Virus record (IMG/VR): IMGVR_UViG_3300020045_012262
Location: 1 to 52,239 of that record
Reading direction: 5' to 3' (one strand)
Length of the DNA stretch: 52,239 nt
Source: a virus
Taxonomy: Duplodnaviria; Caudoviricetes
Positions 28,550-38,746 of this stretch are shown here, one piece after another. The notes beneath the pieces were generated by a model. The model searched no databases, was not told where the DNA came from, and worked only from the letters and a program-made list of their open reading frames with translations. Each line of letters starts with the position of its first letter. The stretch's first letter is position 1. A program made the position numbers and the translations under genes.

Positions 28550-29692
28550 ATGGATTTAAGCACATTAGTTCAACAAATTGTTAACCTTACCAATAGGTTA
28601 AATGCAATTGCATCACAAGCTAAAAAGATATGGGAATTGCCTTGGCAAAACATATTAAATCCGGCCTCACAACTTCATGTTTCTAATGATGGAGATTCTG
28701 AAAGAATTACAATTCAACAAATTTTAGATGCTGCATTATCATATAGGCAAAACCAATTGATTTCTGCAACTGTTACGGTTGATGAAAATGATGTTACTGT
28801 TGATTCTGGTGCTGCATGGGTAATTAATAATGTAAATCATGAATTAGCGTCTGATTTTGTAGATACAGTTCCTTATGCTGAAACAGGATATACAAGAAAT
28901 GATATTTTGTATGCTGATTCAGCAAATCAAATACATAGGCAACTAGGGCCTGAAACAGAAGGAGTTTCACCAACTCCAAATACACCAATTAATACTGTTT
29001 TAGTCACAGTAATAAATGTTACTGATTCAACTATTGGAAATACAGATCCTCCAATTGGTGATGTTTTTGAGGTTAAAACAAATAAACAAAATTCTCTTGC
29101 TACTGATGGTACTGGAAATAAATATACAACTGTTGACGCTGTAAATGATGGTTTAGCTTTAAAATTAAATATTACAGATTATAACGATAGATTTAAAGGC
29201 GTTTTCCCTACGGAAGCAGCTTTAAATATCGCATATCCAACAGCAAATGCAGGTGATTCAGCACAAGTTAATGAGGTTGGATCAACAGATGTCGTAAATT
29301 ACAGTTGGGATGCGGAGGAAAATATTTGGATAGAAGGTGGTTCTGGAGGAAGCGGGGCAACAAATACTGACATGTTACCCGAAGGAAGCACAAATTTATA
29401 TTTCACAACTGCACGTGGTTTGGCTACTTTATTGACTGGAGTTTCGTTTGTTGTGAATACAGCTATTACGGCTGCTGATTCTATATTAGTTGCTTTTGGT
29501 AAACTTCAAAGGCAAATAAGTGATATTCTTATAGAGTTAGGATTGCTTCCTAGAGTATGGAATGTTAAGCGTTATGGAGCATTAGGAGATGGGACTACAG
29601 ACGATACGGTTTCTATTCAAAACGCTATTAATGCATGTAATACAGCGGGGGGGGGGGGTTGTTTATTTCCCAAATGGAATATATTTCATTGA
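28550..29692 (+). CDS. Tail fibre/spike, N-terminal part (interrupted at the G12 tract)
   Basis: TDMLPEGSTNLYFT and ITAADSILVAFGKLQ fibre motifs, then the start of a pectate-lyase-3-like domain (NVKRYGALGDGTTDDT). Confidence 0.85.
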   Translation: MDLSTLVQQIVNLTNRLNAIASQAKKIWELPWQNILNPASQLHVSNDGDSERITIQQILDAALSYRQNQLISATVTVDENDVTVDSGAAWVINNVNHELASDFVDTVPYAETGYTRNDILYADSANQIHRQLGPETEGVSPTPNTPINTVLVTVINVTDSTIGNTDPPIGDVFEVKTNKQNSLATDGTGNKYTTVDAVNDGLALKLNITDYNDRFKGVFPTEAALNIAYPTANAGDSAQVNEVGSTDVVNYSWDAEENIWIEGGSGGSGATNTDMLPEGSTNLYFTTARGLATLLTGVSFVVNTAITAADSILVAFGKLQRQISDILIELGLLPRVWNVKRYGALGDGTTDDTVSIQNAINACNTAGGGGCLFPKWNIFH

Positions 29693-31238
29693 TGGAGCAT
29701 TAGATTCAAATTCTCAATCTCAAATTTATTTTCCTTTAAACAGCTTATCAGCATCAATAAGTTTAAAAACAATTAAATTATTAGGCGAAACACCGCCTAA
29801 TCAATATTCAAACCCTTTTAATGCAACAGGTTCAAACGACCATCCAAATACTGGAGTTATAATTAAAAGCAATATGTTAGCAGTAGGGAATGTAATTGGA
29901 TGCAGAAGTGAAACGGTCGCATGGGGTAATTTTAACTTTATACACCCGCAAATTGAGAACATAAGCGTTAGGGTTAGAAGTATGACAGGTTCGACAAATG
30001 TTGCGGCTGTTTCTACTGCTATAAATATGGGTAATGCTGCTTTTTTTACAGCTAAAAATATTGAATTTTGTACTACTTCTCAAATGGCTTTTTGCGTAGA
30101 GCCAGCAAGCACGTCTATAGGTGTTATTATGCCTAAGACAAATAATTTTGCAATGTGTAGTATGTCCAATTTTAATGCCTATGGTTTTTACAAGGCAGTA
30201 GATTGTTATGAACATACTCATTTAGATAATTATTTAATAGACGCTTGTGTTATTGGGTTAAAATTTAATACATCAAGCCATAGTATTCACGCAACAAAAG
30301 GATGTATAGCAAGGTGTAGGTATAATATCCAAACGGAAGGAGCTACATATTTTTATATGGATCATGTATCTTTTGAAGATGATTTAACGAAAGCTGTATC
30401 AAGTCCATTATGGAATAAAACATTATTTGATTTATATGATATAGACGCTTTAGGAAGTGGAGTAATAAGACTTCATATTGTTAAAGCAACAATTGGAGCG
30501 GACTACAGTACACTTTTAAGAAGCAGGGTTAACTCTAAAATAAAATTTATAAAAATAAACGAATTGTCTATGGAGTTTAATCCAAATAATGTAGCTCCGC
30601 CAACAGATACTAATTTATTAGCTTATTGGAAGTTTGAAGAATCCAGCGGTAATTATATCGACTCTTCAGTTAATAGCAGAACCGCGACTAGGATTAATGG
30701 AGCAACAAGCGGAGCTGGTAAAATTGGAAATGCAATGTTAACTCTAGCTTCGAGCGAACAATATGCAAATGCTGGTAGTACTGGATTGTCATATAATGGT
30801 ACGGCTATTTCATTTTCTGGTTGGTTTAAAATAAATACAAGCGCAAATGCTTATCAAGTACTACTAAATAAAGGTACGTCTGTAGAAAGAGAATATAATT
30901 TGTTTTACACTAAATCAGGTAATTTATTATCGTTCGTTGTGTATAACGGAACAACTTCTAAAGGACAAGTTAACACAGTTGTCACGGAAAATGTTTGGAA
31001 TTTTATATATGTAGAAATGGTTGGCAGTACGTTGAAAATAAGTATAAATAATGCAACTCTTACTACTTCAACAACTTCGGGGGCTGTTTCTGTAAACACT
31101 ATTAGAGATTTATATATTGGCGCTGGGGATGTTGCAGGGTCTGCACTAAATGGCGGGGTAGATGAATTACGAATATATGGAAGAGCCTTAACTTCTGGAG
31201 AAAGAGAATATTTATACAATGGAGGTTATGGAAACTAA
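29589..31238 (+). CDS. Tailspike C-terminal part: beta-helix (pectin lyase-like) plus LamG/ConA domain
   Basis: GGGVVYFPNGIY continues the upstream domain. LLAYWKFEE...GKIGNA...DELRIYGRALT are LamG motifs. Confidence 0.85.
   Translation: MGLQTIRFLFKTLLMHVIQRGGGVVYFPNGIYFIDGALDSNSQSQIYFPLNSLSASISLKTIKLLGETPPNQYSNPFNATGSNDHPNTGVIIKSNMLAVGNVIGCRSETVAWGNFNFIHPQIENISVRVRSMTGSTNVAAVSTAINMGNAAFFTAKNIEFCTTSQMAFCVEPASTSIGVIMPKTNNFAMCSMSNFNAYGFYKAVDCYEHTHLDNYLIDACVIGLKFNTSSHSIHATKGCIARCRYNIQTEGATYFYMDHVSFEDDLTKAVSSPLWNKTLFDLYDIDALGSGVIRLHIVKATIGADYSTLLRSRVNSKIKFIKINELSMEFNPNNVAPPTDTNLLAYWKFEESSGNYIDSSVNSRTATRINGATSGAGKIGNAMLTLASSEQYANAGSTGLSYNGTAISFSGWFKINTSANAYQVLLNKGTSVEREYNLFYTKSGNLLSFVVYNGTTSKGQVNTVVTENVWNFIYVEMVGSTLKISINNATLTTSTTSGAVSVNTIRDLYIGAGDVAGSALNGGVDELRIYGRALTSGEREYLYNGGYGN
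29647..29658 (+). repeat. G12 homopolymer at the frameshift
   Basis: 12 consecutive G; 11 G would read TAGGGVVYFPNG in frame. Confidence 0.95.
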
Positions 31239-31393
31239 GAATTTAATAGATTTCACCAAATGGAAAAAAAGGCGGTCACTGCCAATGGTCAATAATGACT
31301 GATAAAGAAATTGAAGTTTTTTTAAATTAAAAAGTAAGTAAAAAAATAAAAGTTTTACGTTAAATCAATTAATAACTAAAAATAAATATAAAA

Positions 31394-31651
31394 ATGAAAT
31401 TAGAAAACTGGACAATTAAAGGATTTTTAGCAATATACATTGTAGTATTTTGCACATTAGCAATGGCTTTTTTAGACTTGCAGCAAATGATAGTAGGTGC
31501 TTTTATTAGCATGCTTAGTGGTGTATTTGGATATTATTTTGGATCAATACAAGGTAAATCTGCACAGGATAAAGCATTACTAGAATCAAAAACAGTAATA
31601 GCAGATATAGGAGGGTCAAATAACCCAAAACCTGATCCAAATGATAAGTAA
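31394..31651 (+). CDS. Holin-like membrane protein
   Basis: Two transmembrane helices and GYYFGS...K motif. Confidence 0.65.
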   Translation: MKLENWTIKGFLAIYIVVFCTLAMAFLDLQQMIVGAFISMLSGVFGYYFGSIQGKSAQDKALLESKTVIADIGGSNNPKPDPNDK

Positions 31652-32060
31652 ATTAAAAAAACTAAGATATATTACATCAATATGTCTTATTTCATTAGTT
31701 GAATACAAAAAACCGATAATCCTAATGTTGTTAATTCCTTTTTCTGAGGCAAAGGCAATATTTTACAATATTGACATGAAAGTTTCATGGTACTTATTTT
31801 CAGATCATCAAAGACAAATTTGCATGGTTATTGAAGATTATTCAAATATCATTATATTTGGAGTAGTGTTTTACTTTTTATCAGAATTGGAAAGGGATAA
31901 AAAAACGATAGAAGTTGCAAGATTTTTATTTGTTTTAAATGCTTTAGACTTTATACATTTAGGTTTAAACGACATGCAATATTTTATAATGCTCAAATTA
32001 TTATTAGCCTACGGAATTTATTTATTATGGTCAAAATTAAAGCGTTTCTTCTTGGTTTAG
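31641..32060 (+). CDS. Membrane protein in the lysis module
   Basis: Several hydrophobic segments. Confidence 0.6.
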   Translation: MISKLKKLRYITSICLISLVEYKKPIILMLLIPFSEAKAIFYNIDMKVSWYLFSDHQRQICMVIEDYSNIIIFGVVFYFLSELERDKKTIEVARFLFVLNALDFIHLGLNDMQYFIMLKLLLAYGIYLLWSKLKRFFLV

Positions 32061-32305
32061 ATTGGATTTTCTTAACCATAAGCGGTTATTCATGTATTGA
32101 TATAGCATCTACATTATTAACTGGTAATTTGTATCTTTCAAGTATTGATAATTTCATTAAGTTATTATTGTCAATGGCTGGATTTGTTTATTTGTGCGCT
32201 CGAACGTATCATTTTATAATGAAATCTAGTATCGAGCGTGAATTATTAAGAGAAGATGTGATTGCTAAGCAAAATGAAAATCAAAAAAATAATGTGGATA
32301 AGTAA
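32027..32305 (+). CDS. Holin-like membrane protein
   Basis: Two hydrophobic segments and a charged C-terminal tail; upstream of the endolysin. Confidence 0.55.
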   Translation: MVKIKAFLLGLDWIFLTISGYSCIDIASTLLTGNLYLSSIDNFIKLLLSMAGFVYLCARTYHFIMKSSIERELLREDVIAKQNENQKNNVDK

Positions 32306-32330
32306 AAAATAACAGTTAAAATTTACAATC

Positions 32331-32843
32331 ATGGATGCAATCACAATTGAAAGAATTAAAGAGGCTCACCCTAAATTAAGGGATTTTCTTTTAGGCCAAT
32401 ACACGGAAGCTAATAATCTATTAGGAAAAGGCGCTAGATTGCGTTTTGCTTACGTATATCGTTCTAATGCATTACAAGACAAATTGTATAACCAAAAACC
32501 AAAAGTAACCAATGCCAAAGGAGGACAATCAATACATAATTACGGGCTTGCTTTTGATATTGTTTTGCTTTATGATAATGACGGAAACGGAACATTCGAA
32601 GAAGCGAGTTGGTCTATGATTCGTGATTTTGATAAAGATTCAAAAGCTGATTGGATGGAAATAGTAAATTATTTCAAATCAAAAGGTTGGGAACATGGAG
32701 GTGATTGGAAAAGTTTCAAAGATCAACCACATTTTCAGATTAAAAAGGATAACGGAACCAGTTATAAATGGCAAGAACTGAAAGCATTAATTGATTCCGG
32801 AAAATTCATTATTGATAACGGAATTAAATACCCTGAATTATAA
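32331..32843 (+). CDS. Endolysin, M15 family (L-Ala-D-Glu peptidase-like)
   Basis: R...Q..LY, VTNAKGGQSIHNYGLAFD, GGDW..F.D.PHFQ. Confidence 0.93.
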   Translation: MDAITIERIKEAHPKLRDFLLGQYTEANNLLGKGARLRFAYVYRSNALQDKLYNQKPKVTNAKGGQSIHNYGLAFDIVLLYDNDGNGTFEEASWSMIRDFDKDSKADWMEIVNYFKSKGWEHGGDWKSFKDQPHFQIKKDNGTSYKWQELKALIDSGKFIIDNGIKYPEL

Positions 32844-32870
32844 ATACAATTTTCATTAAAAATTATATAC

Positions 32871-32902
32871 AAAAAAGCCACTAAATTATATAGTGGCTTT
32901 TT
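32871..32902. terminator. Bidirectional terminator
   Basis: aaaaaagccacta...tagtggcttttt. Confidence 0.8.
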
Positions 32903-32906
32903 ATTT

Positions 32907-33101
32907 TTAATACGATGCAGGATCAAGTCCTTTTTCTTCAAAAAAAGTTTCCAACATTGAGTGAGCAATCGCAAGGTCTTCAATATAATTTTTATCTTTT
33001 TCCTTGCATTTTTCCTGCGCTGATTCAATTTTTTTATGAATCATCTTAATCGCAGTTTGATCGTTAAATTCCATCGGGAATTTTTGGAAAAAAGCTTGCA
33101 T
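32907..33101 (-). CDS. Hypothetical protein
   Basis: Follows 33104-33808 in an operon. Confidence 0.6.
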   Translation of the reverse strand: MQAFFQKFPMEFNDQTAIKMIHKKIESAQEKCKEKDKNYIEDLAIAHSMLETFFEEKGLDPASY

Positions 33102-33103
33102 GA

Positions 33104-33808
33104 TTATTTAATGTTGGTTGCGTTTGTTGCCTGAGTACCCGAAGCCGTCATTGTTCCAAGATTGATAATATCTTGTGCAGTTCTATTCACTTGATTGAAA
33201 GAATTGAATAATGCATCAAATCTTCTTTGATTCTCAAAATCACGTTGAGTTTGCAATTGTGCTTGTGCTTGGAACTGTTGATTAACATTGGTATTTGTGT
33301 TAATAATGTTAATTTCTTGCTCTTTTGTATCAACACGTCTGCGAGTTTCAAATAATTGATCTCTTAAGCCTTGTACTTCTGCATCATTAATACGAGCTAA
33401 TATAGCAGCTGTTTGAGCAACTCCAGCGGCAGCAAGAGCATCAAGACTTTTATCAGTTGCTATTTGAAAAGCTTGTGCTTGTGCTGAAAGCTGAGCTGTA
33501 TTTCTCTCGGCTTGAATAGCGGCAGCATAATTACCGTCTTTAATGTTGTCATTTGTTGCGCAAATAGCAGCTCCAAGAGATCGGCCTTCTGCAACTGTTG
33601 TATCTTTGGCATTTGAAATCGCTTGTAGCAATGCTGCTTCACGAGCGCATCCATCATCTGCTCTACGGCCTTCATCACCAAATCCACCGATGCCACGTAA
33701 TCCAAGTAATCCGAATAATCCGAATCCACCTAAACCGCTTCCAAATCCACCATAACCACCTGGAATTCCTCCCATTTGATTTAATTCTGTACTTCCTGTA
33801 AAACTCAT
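33104..33808 (-). CDS. Gly-rich N-terminal / coiled-coil protein of unknown function
   Basis: GGFGSGLGGFGLFGLLGL segment followed by an Ala/Gln-rich helix. Confidence 0.8.
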   Translation of the reverse strand: MSFTGSTELNQMGGIPGGYGGFGSGLGGFGLFGLLGLRGIGGFGDEGRRADDGCAREAALLQAISNAKDTTVAEGRSLGAAICATNDNIKDGNYAAAIQAERNTAQLSAQAQAFQIATDKSLDALAAAGVAQTAAILARINDAEVQGLRDQLFETRRRVDTKEQEINIINTNTNVNQQFQAQAQLQTQRDFENQRRFDALFNSFNQVNRTAQDIINLGTMTASGTQATNATNIK

Positions 33809-33924
33809 AGTTTCTAATATTTAAATTGTTAATAATGAGTAAAATTAGGTTGCATAAAAAGATATTATATTATCGGTTTTTGCTTATTATATTTGGCATA
33901 TAAAAAAACGTAATCCTTGTTATT

Positions 33925-34182
33925 ATGAAAAAGCTATCCGAAGTAACTGAAAAACAAATTGCATTTAGGACTGAAGTATTAATGAATGCTTTAGGTAAAA
34001 ACATTAAAAAAGAACGTTTAAAAGGCAATTTATCTAGGGTAGAATTGGCTTTTTATGCTAATACAACGGAAAGCATGATTTGTAATATTGAGAATGGTAA
34101 AAAGGCGGGAATATCAATATATACTTTGGTCAAAATATCTCAGGCTTTGGATGTTAATTTGTGTATTTTATTCGAAATGTAA
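33925..34182 (+). CDS. XRE-family HTH transcriptional regulator
   Basis: LGKNIKKERL...LSRVELA......ICNIENGK...SIYTLVKISQALDV. Confidence 0.9.
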   Translation: MKKLSEVTEKQIAFRTEVLMNALGKNIKKERLKGNLSRVELAFYANTTESMICNIENGKKAGISIYTLVKISQALDVNLCILFEM

Positions 34183-34221
34183 TTTTTTTGTACATTTGCT
34201 TAACTTTAAACTCAAATAGTT

Positions 34222-34887
34222 ATGAAACAAATAAATTTAAGATCACCTATTATTACCCAATTAATAAAATATGCTGTTGTTGCAGTATTGGCAATTCTAA
34301 TATTTAATTGGTTTGGAAAATGTTCATCTGGATCTGGTGAAAAACAAAAAGTAATTGTTCCTGCTATTTCAGAAAAATTTGAACCAAAGAAACCAGATTC
34401 AAAGCCATTGGAAATTATTCAAAGGCCAATAAATCAAGTTAAAAAAGATGGTATTGTTTATATTCATAATCCATTGAATGAAAAATTGGCACGGGAAAAT
34501 GATAGTTTAAAAGCAAATTACGCTATAATTAGCGATTCATTAAAATCAAAAGAATATTTCAAAGCAATAGAACTGAATTCTTTTTCTACAAAGTTTGAAG
34601 ATGATAATTTATTACTTAATATTAATGGTACCATTCGGGGTGAAGTACAGGAAATAACGCCATCATATACAATAAAAGAACGCAAAATTGATATTGTGCC
34701 AAAACAAACTGTTTTTAGGCTTTTAGCAGGTGCAGAAATTGGAAGCAGTATAATTACGCCTAAACTTAATATTAAGGCTAATTTGATGCTACAAAATAAG
34801 CGTGGTGACATTATAAGCGGTTCTTATGATACTAATCAAATCTATTGGATAGGTTTTAATAAATCAATTTTCAATATTAAGAGATAA
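34222..34887 (+). CDS. Membrane-anchored protein, possible spanin-like lysis accessory
   Basis: N-terminal transmembrane helix plus Cys, C-terminal beta strands; near the endolysin. Confidence 0.5.
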   Translation: MKQINLRSPIITQLIKYAVVAVLAILIFNWFGKCSSGSGEKQKVIVPAISEKFEPKKPDSKPLEIIQRPINQVKKDGIVYIHNPLNEKLARENDSLKANYAIISDSLKSKEYFKAIELNSFSTKFEDDNLLLNINGTIRGEVQEITPSYTIKERKIDIVPKQTVFRLLAGAEIGSSIITPKLNIKANLMLQNKRGDIISGSYDTNQIYWIGFNKSIFNIKR

Positions 34888-34936
34888 TTTTATATATTTG
34901 TTATGTTCTTGAAGTGGTAACAGATTTTGTATTAGT

Positions 34937-34972
34937 AAAAATCCGATGTATTAATTTGCATCGGATTTTTTT
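34937..34972 (+). terminator. Rho-independent terminator
   Basis: aaaaatccgatg...catcggattttttt. Confidence 0.8.
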
Positions 34973-35034
34973 GTTTACGCTATTTAGAATCTATATAAAC
35001 TACAACTATTAAGCGTATTTTTTGTACACCGTAT

Positions 35035-35054
35035 ATGTATTATTTATACATTTG
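35035..35054 (+). promoter_or_regulatory. Promoter of the early/recombination operon
   Basis: GTATTATTTA-TACATTTG box. Confidence 0.6.
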
Positions 35055-35089
35055 CTAAACAAAACAGTAAGAATTTAAATCATACCAAA

Positions 35090-35380
35090 ATGAAAGCAAA
35101 TAAATCACAAATATTTTCAAAAGCTTGGAATCTATTCAGAAAGTACAATATTACTTTTAGTCAAGCATTAATAAAGGCTTGGACTGATTTTAAAAGAGAA
35201 TTTTATATTACTATTTATAATTCTATAAGTTCAAAACCTCAATATTCTAAAAAGAAAATTGAAGCAAAAAAAATGTATGAAAATTTTAATAGTGTATGTT
35301 TTCAATTAGTTTGTAGAAATATTGTAAATAATATTGGTGCAATTAATTGGTATGATGGGAAAACTTTAAACATGGACTAA
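35090..35380 (+). CDS. Hypothetical early protein
   Basis: IF.KAW.L......FSQAL..AW motif recalled from Bacteroidota phage proteins. Confidence 0.7.
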   Translation: MKANKSQIFSKAWNLFRKYNITFSQALIKAWTDFKREFYITIYNSISSKPQYSKKKIEAKKMYENFNSVCFQLVCRNIVNNIGAINWYDGKTLNMD

Positions 35381-35555
35381 TTATGAAAATAGAAACTTAT
35401 ATTGACAAATTAAATGAATTTGTAACAGTTCATTATTTTCCATTTGAAAAAAAAGTAGTTCTAATGGGATTTTGTAAAGAAAATATGGCTAGAATAAAAG
35501 CCCCTAATGTAATAGGAATGTGGAAAATTAAACAATTAAAAATCAAATAATAATC

Positions 35556-35780
35556 ATGGAAAAACCAACTGTTAAACAAGTAAAAGAAAAGTACAAAAAT
35601 GCTAAAATTGTAAATTCAGCATATTTTAAAGAACCTTTTGATATTACTGAATATGATTTTAGTTCTATTGAAAAATGTAGTGGTGATATTTATATCACTC
35701 ATTCAATAGATAGTGATCGTGTAAGGTCTTTGTTTGATTATAAAGAGGGATTTGCTGAAATATTAACTTTAAAAGAATAA
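35556..35780 (+). CDS. Hypothetical protein
   Basis: ORF only. Confidence 0.6.
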   Translation: MEKPTVKQVKEKYKNAKIVNSAYFKEPFDITEYDFSSIEKCSGDIYITHSIDSDRVRSLFDYKEGFAEILTLKE

Positions 35781-35785
35781 AACCA

Positions 35786-36016
35786 ATGGCAGAAATTAAA
35801 ATTTTCAAACCTGAATACTTTGAAGAAGTAAGGGTAAATCATGAATTGCGTGAAAAGATTGCAGAAGCTGAATTTGTTCAGAACAACAGCATCCGAGTGT
35901 TAGCAATTAAAAAATCAGACAAACTCACAAGATACAATGTTTTGTGTGTAATCAAAAAGTTTCTTAAACTGAAAACTATCGACGAAATGTTTATCACTAA
36001 AAAAATTGTCAAATAA
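35786..36016 (+). CDS. Hypothetical protein, possible DNA-binding
   Basis: Weak HTH-like pattern. Confidence 0.5.
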   Translation: MAEIKIFKPEYFEEVRVNHELREKIAEAEFVQNNSIRVLAIKKSDKLTRYNVLCVIKKFLKLKTIDEMFITKKIVK

Positions 36017-36164
36017 TGTTTGTCGGTGTAGTAAATGGCAAATGGATTGTTGATGGAAAATCATTCAATGATATGACCCGAAAAGACAAAAATACTTTGT
36101 ATAAAGTAATGCAGTTTAAAAAAGAAGCTTACCAGGCTAATTATAAATCTAAAATCATAAAATA

Positions 36165-36389
36165 ATGACTGATGAACAAATTAAAAAGTTAGATCGTTGT
36201 AGACAAGAACAAACACAACTTTCATTAATCCAAAACGAAATAAAAATTTCGTTTAAATCAATTGGAAATAATCATAATGCTGATTTAGGATCTGAAATAA
36301 ATCAAATTTTTAGAGATCTAAAAGAACAGGTTAGTACAAGTTTTGGGGAAGCTCAATCAAAAATAAACAAATTAATAACAGATATCTAA
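36165..36389 (+). CDS. Hypothetical protein
   Basis: ORF only. Confidence 0.55.
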   Translation: MTDEQIKKLDRCRQEQTQLSLIQNEIKISFKSIGNNHNADLGSEINQIFRDLKEQVSTSFGEAQSKINKLITDI

Positions 36390-36401
36390 AAAACAATAAC
36401 A

Positions 36402-38405
36402 ATGAAAAAAATTATCGCAAAATCAATTACGTTAGAAAATTTAATGGGTTGTCAAAACCTTACAATCAATTTGAATGAAGAAGTTACGAATATTTTCGCT
36501 CGTAATGGAGTTGGAAAAACCAGAATCCAAAATAGTTTTAATTGGGTTCTTTTCGGAAAAAATGCTGATGACAAAAAAGATTTCAGTATCAAAAACACAA
36601 AAGACACTTCTTTCAATCAACAGGAGCATATCGGAATTGTAGTTTTAAATGTTGATGGTGATGAAATTACTTTGAAAAGAATCTATAAAGAAAAATGGGT
36701 TAAAACAAAAGGTTCTGAGTTTGCCGAATTCAAAGGACATGAAACTGATTTCGAATTTAATCATGTTCCTATGGCTTTGGGTGATTACAATAAAAAAGTT
36801 GCTTCAATTTTGGATGAATCAGTTTTCAAAATGATCACAAATCCACTTTATTTTACTTCATTGGATTGGAAAAAACAAAGGTCTGTTTTGACTGAAATCA
36901 GTCCATCACCATCAAATGAAAAATTGGCTGGAACATCACCGGAATATTTGGAGTTGATATCGCATTTAGTTCAGGGCAAAGAATTGGAAGATTACCGCAA
37001 ACAAGTATCTAACACCATAGTAAAATCAAAAGAATTATTAAAAGCTATTCCAACACGTATCGATGAATCATTAAAAGGAAAAGTTGAAGTTTTTGATTGG
37101 GCCAAATTAGAAAGTGAAAAAGCAGCAAAAGAAACTGAACTTTCTAAAATAGAAGAAAGTTTGACAAACAAAGCAAATGCATTCGATGAACTTTTGAAAA
37201 CGGAAAACGCCAAAAAACTTGCTGCTAATGGTATTAAAAATGAATTGGAGACAATCAAACAAAATTTGATTAATACAAATTCCAATTCAAACACTTTGGA
37301 TAGTTCCACTTTAAAAACTGCAAAATCAGCATTAGAATCTAAAAATAGTGATCTTTTAATTGCTGAATCGGCTTTTAAATCTTTAGAAGTAAAGAAAACA
37401 AATTTAGAATCAGAAATTAAAATATTGACTGAATCACTTGAATTAAAAAGAAGTGAATTAAAAAATGCTTCTGATAAAGAATTTGTTTTTGATGATTCGC
37501 AATGTATTTGTCCAACTTGTAAACGTGAATTTGAATCTGGTGATGTTGAAGCAAAGAAATCTGAATTAAGAACAAACTTCATTGCTGATCAGGCAAAAAC
37601 AGTTGAATCAATTCAGGCATCTGGAATCAGATTAAAAGGTGAAAAAGAAACGAAAGAATACGAATTACAAACTATTACGGAAAGAATTGCAACAGGTGGA
37701 AAAGTAATCGTTAATATTAAAACTGAAATCATTTTATTGGAAGGAAATGTTAATACGGAAACTGAAAAAATTACAAATAAAAATGTGGTTGAGTTTGATA
37801 TTGTTTTGGCTTTGTTGGGAGATAAAGAATATCAATCGAAATTGGTTGAATTGAACGCTATAAATGCAACAATTCAAGAAAACCCAACTATTGACAATAC
37901 TGAATTAAACAACCAAAAACGTGAACTTCAGGAAGCAATTGATGCAATAAAAACCAAGTTAAGAAACAAAGATCAAAATGATACGATTGACAAACGTATT
38001 TCTGATTTGAAAAATGAACAACAAAATTTGGCTTCAGAAATTGCCAATGTTGAAAAAACTTTGTTTGTGATCGAGAAATTCAATAAACTTAAAATTGAAT
38101 CAATTGAAAATGGAATCAACAGCATGTTTAAATATGTGAAGTTTAAATTGTTCAATCCATTAATAAATGGTGGTGAAGAAGAAACGTGTGAAGCTTTGGT
38201 TGATGGTGTTCCGTTTTCAGATGCTAACACAGCAGGAAGGATTAATGCAGGAACTGACATTATTAATCTTCTTTGTGATCATTATCAAGTTGTGGCCCCA
38301 ATTTTCATTGACAATCGTGAATCTGTAACGGATTTGATTGAAACAAAATCACAAGTTATTAATCTGATTGTTTCACCTGGTGATCATTCTTTAAGAATCG
38401 AGTAA
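36402..38405 (+). CDS. SbcC/Rad50-like AAA ATPase
   Basis: Walker A ARNGVGKT, coiled coil with a CPTC zinc hook, Walker B PIFIDNRES. Confidence 0.9.
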   Translation: MKKIIAKSITLENLMGCQNLTINLNEEVTNIFARNGVGKTRIQNSFNWVLFGKNADDKKDFSIKNTKDTSFNQQEHIGIVVLNVDGDEITLKRIYKEKWVKTKGSEFAEFKGHETDFEFNHVPMALGDYNKKVASILDESVFKMITNPLYFTSLDWKKQRSVLTEISPSPSNEKLAGTSPEYLELISHLVQGKELEDYRKQVSNTIVKSKELLKAIPTRIDESLKGKVEVFDWAKLESEKAAKETELSKIEESLTNKANAFDELLKTENAKKLAANGIKNELETIKQNLINTNSNSNTLDSSTLKTAKSALESKNSDLLIAESAFKSLEVKKTNLESEIKILTESLELKRSELKNASDKEFVFDDSQCICPTCKREFESGDVEAKKSELRTNFIADQAKTVESIQASGIRLKGEKETKEYELQTITERIATGGKVIVNIKTEIILLEGNVNTETEKITNKNVVEFDIVLALLGDKEYQSKLVELNAINATIQENPTIDNTELNNQKRELQEAIDAIKTKLRNKDQNDTIDKRISDLKNEQQNLASEIANVEKTLFVIEKFNKLKIESIENGINSMFKYVKFKLFNPLINGGEEETCEALVDGVPFSDANTAGRINAGTDIINLLCDHYQVVAPIFIDNRESVTDLIETKSQVINLIVSPGDHSLRIE

Positions 38406-38423
38406 TAATTAAAAAATATAAAA

Positions 38424-38615
38424 ATGGATGCAGATATTCAGGGTGCTTTAAATCAAATTGAAAGAAGTTATAAAGCATTCAATCATAATGGTAAACCAAT
38501 GACTAAAAACCAAGTAAAGAACTGTTTAAAATACTGTTTAGAATTAGGTTATGAAGTTGTAAGTCAACTTACTGAAACAGATATTAAAATAGCTTTAAAA
38601 AGAAGTGAATTTTAA
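38424..38615 (+). CDS. Hypothetical protein
   Basis: ORF only. Confidence 0.5.
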   Translation: MDADIQGALNQIERSYKAFNHNGKPMTKNQVKNCLKYCLELGYEVVSQLTETDIKIALKRSEF

Positions 38616-38746
38616 ATATTTAAAAACCCACTTTAAACGGTGGGTTTACTATTTATAATGTTTCCAAATTAGCATCAAATTGTAAAACGTAAACGTATTT
38701 TTTATACATTTACAAAGTATTAAAAATTTAATTTAAAACCAATAAA

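Noticed and set aside
28550-31238. Diversity-generating retroelement acting on the tail fibre
   Set aside because: No reverse transcriptase and no template/variable repeat pair seen.
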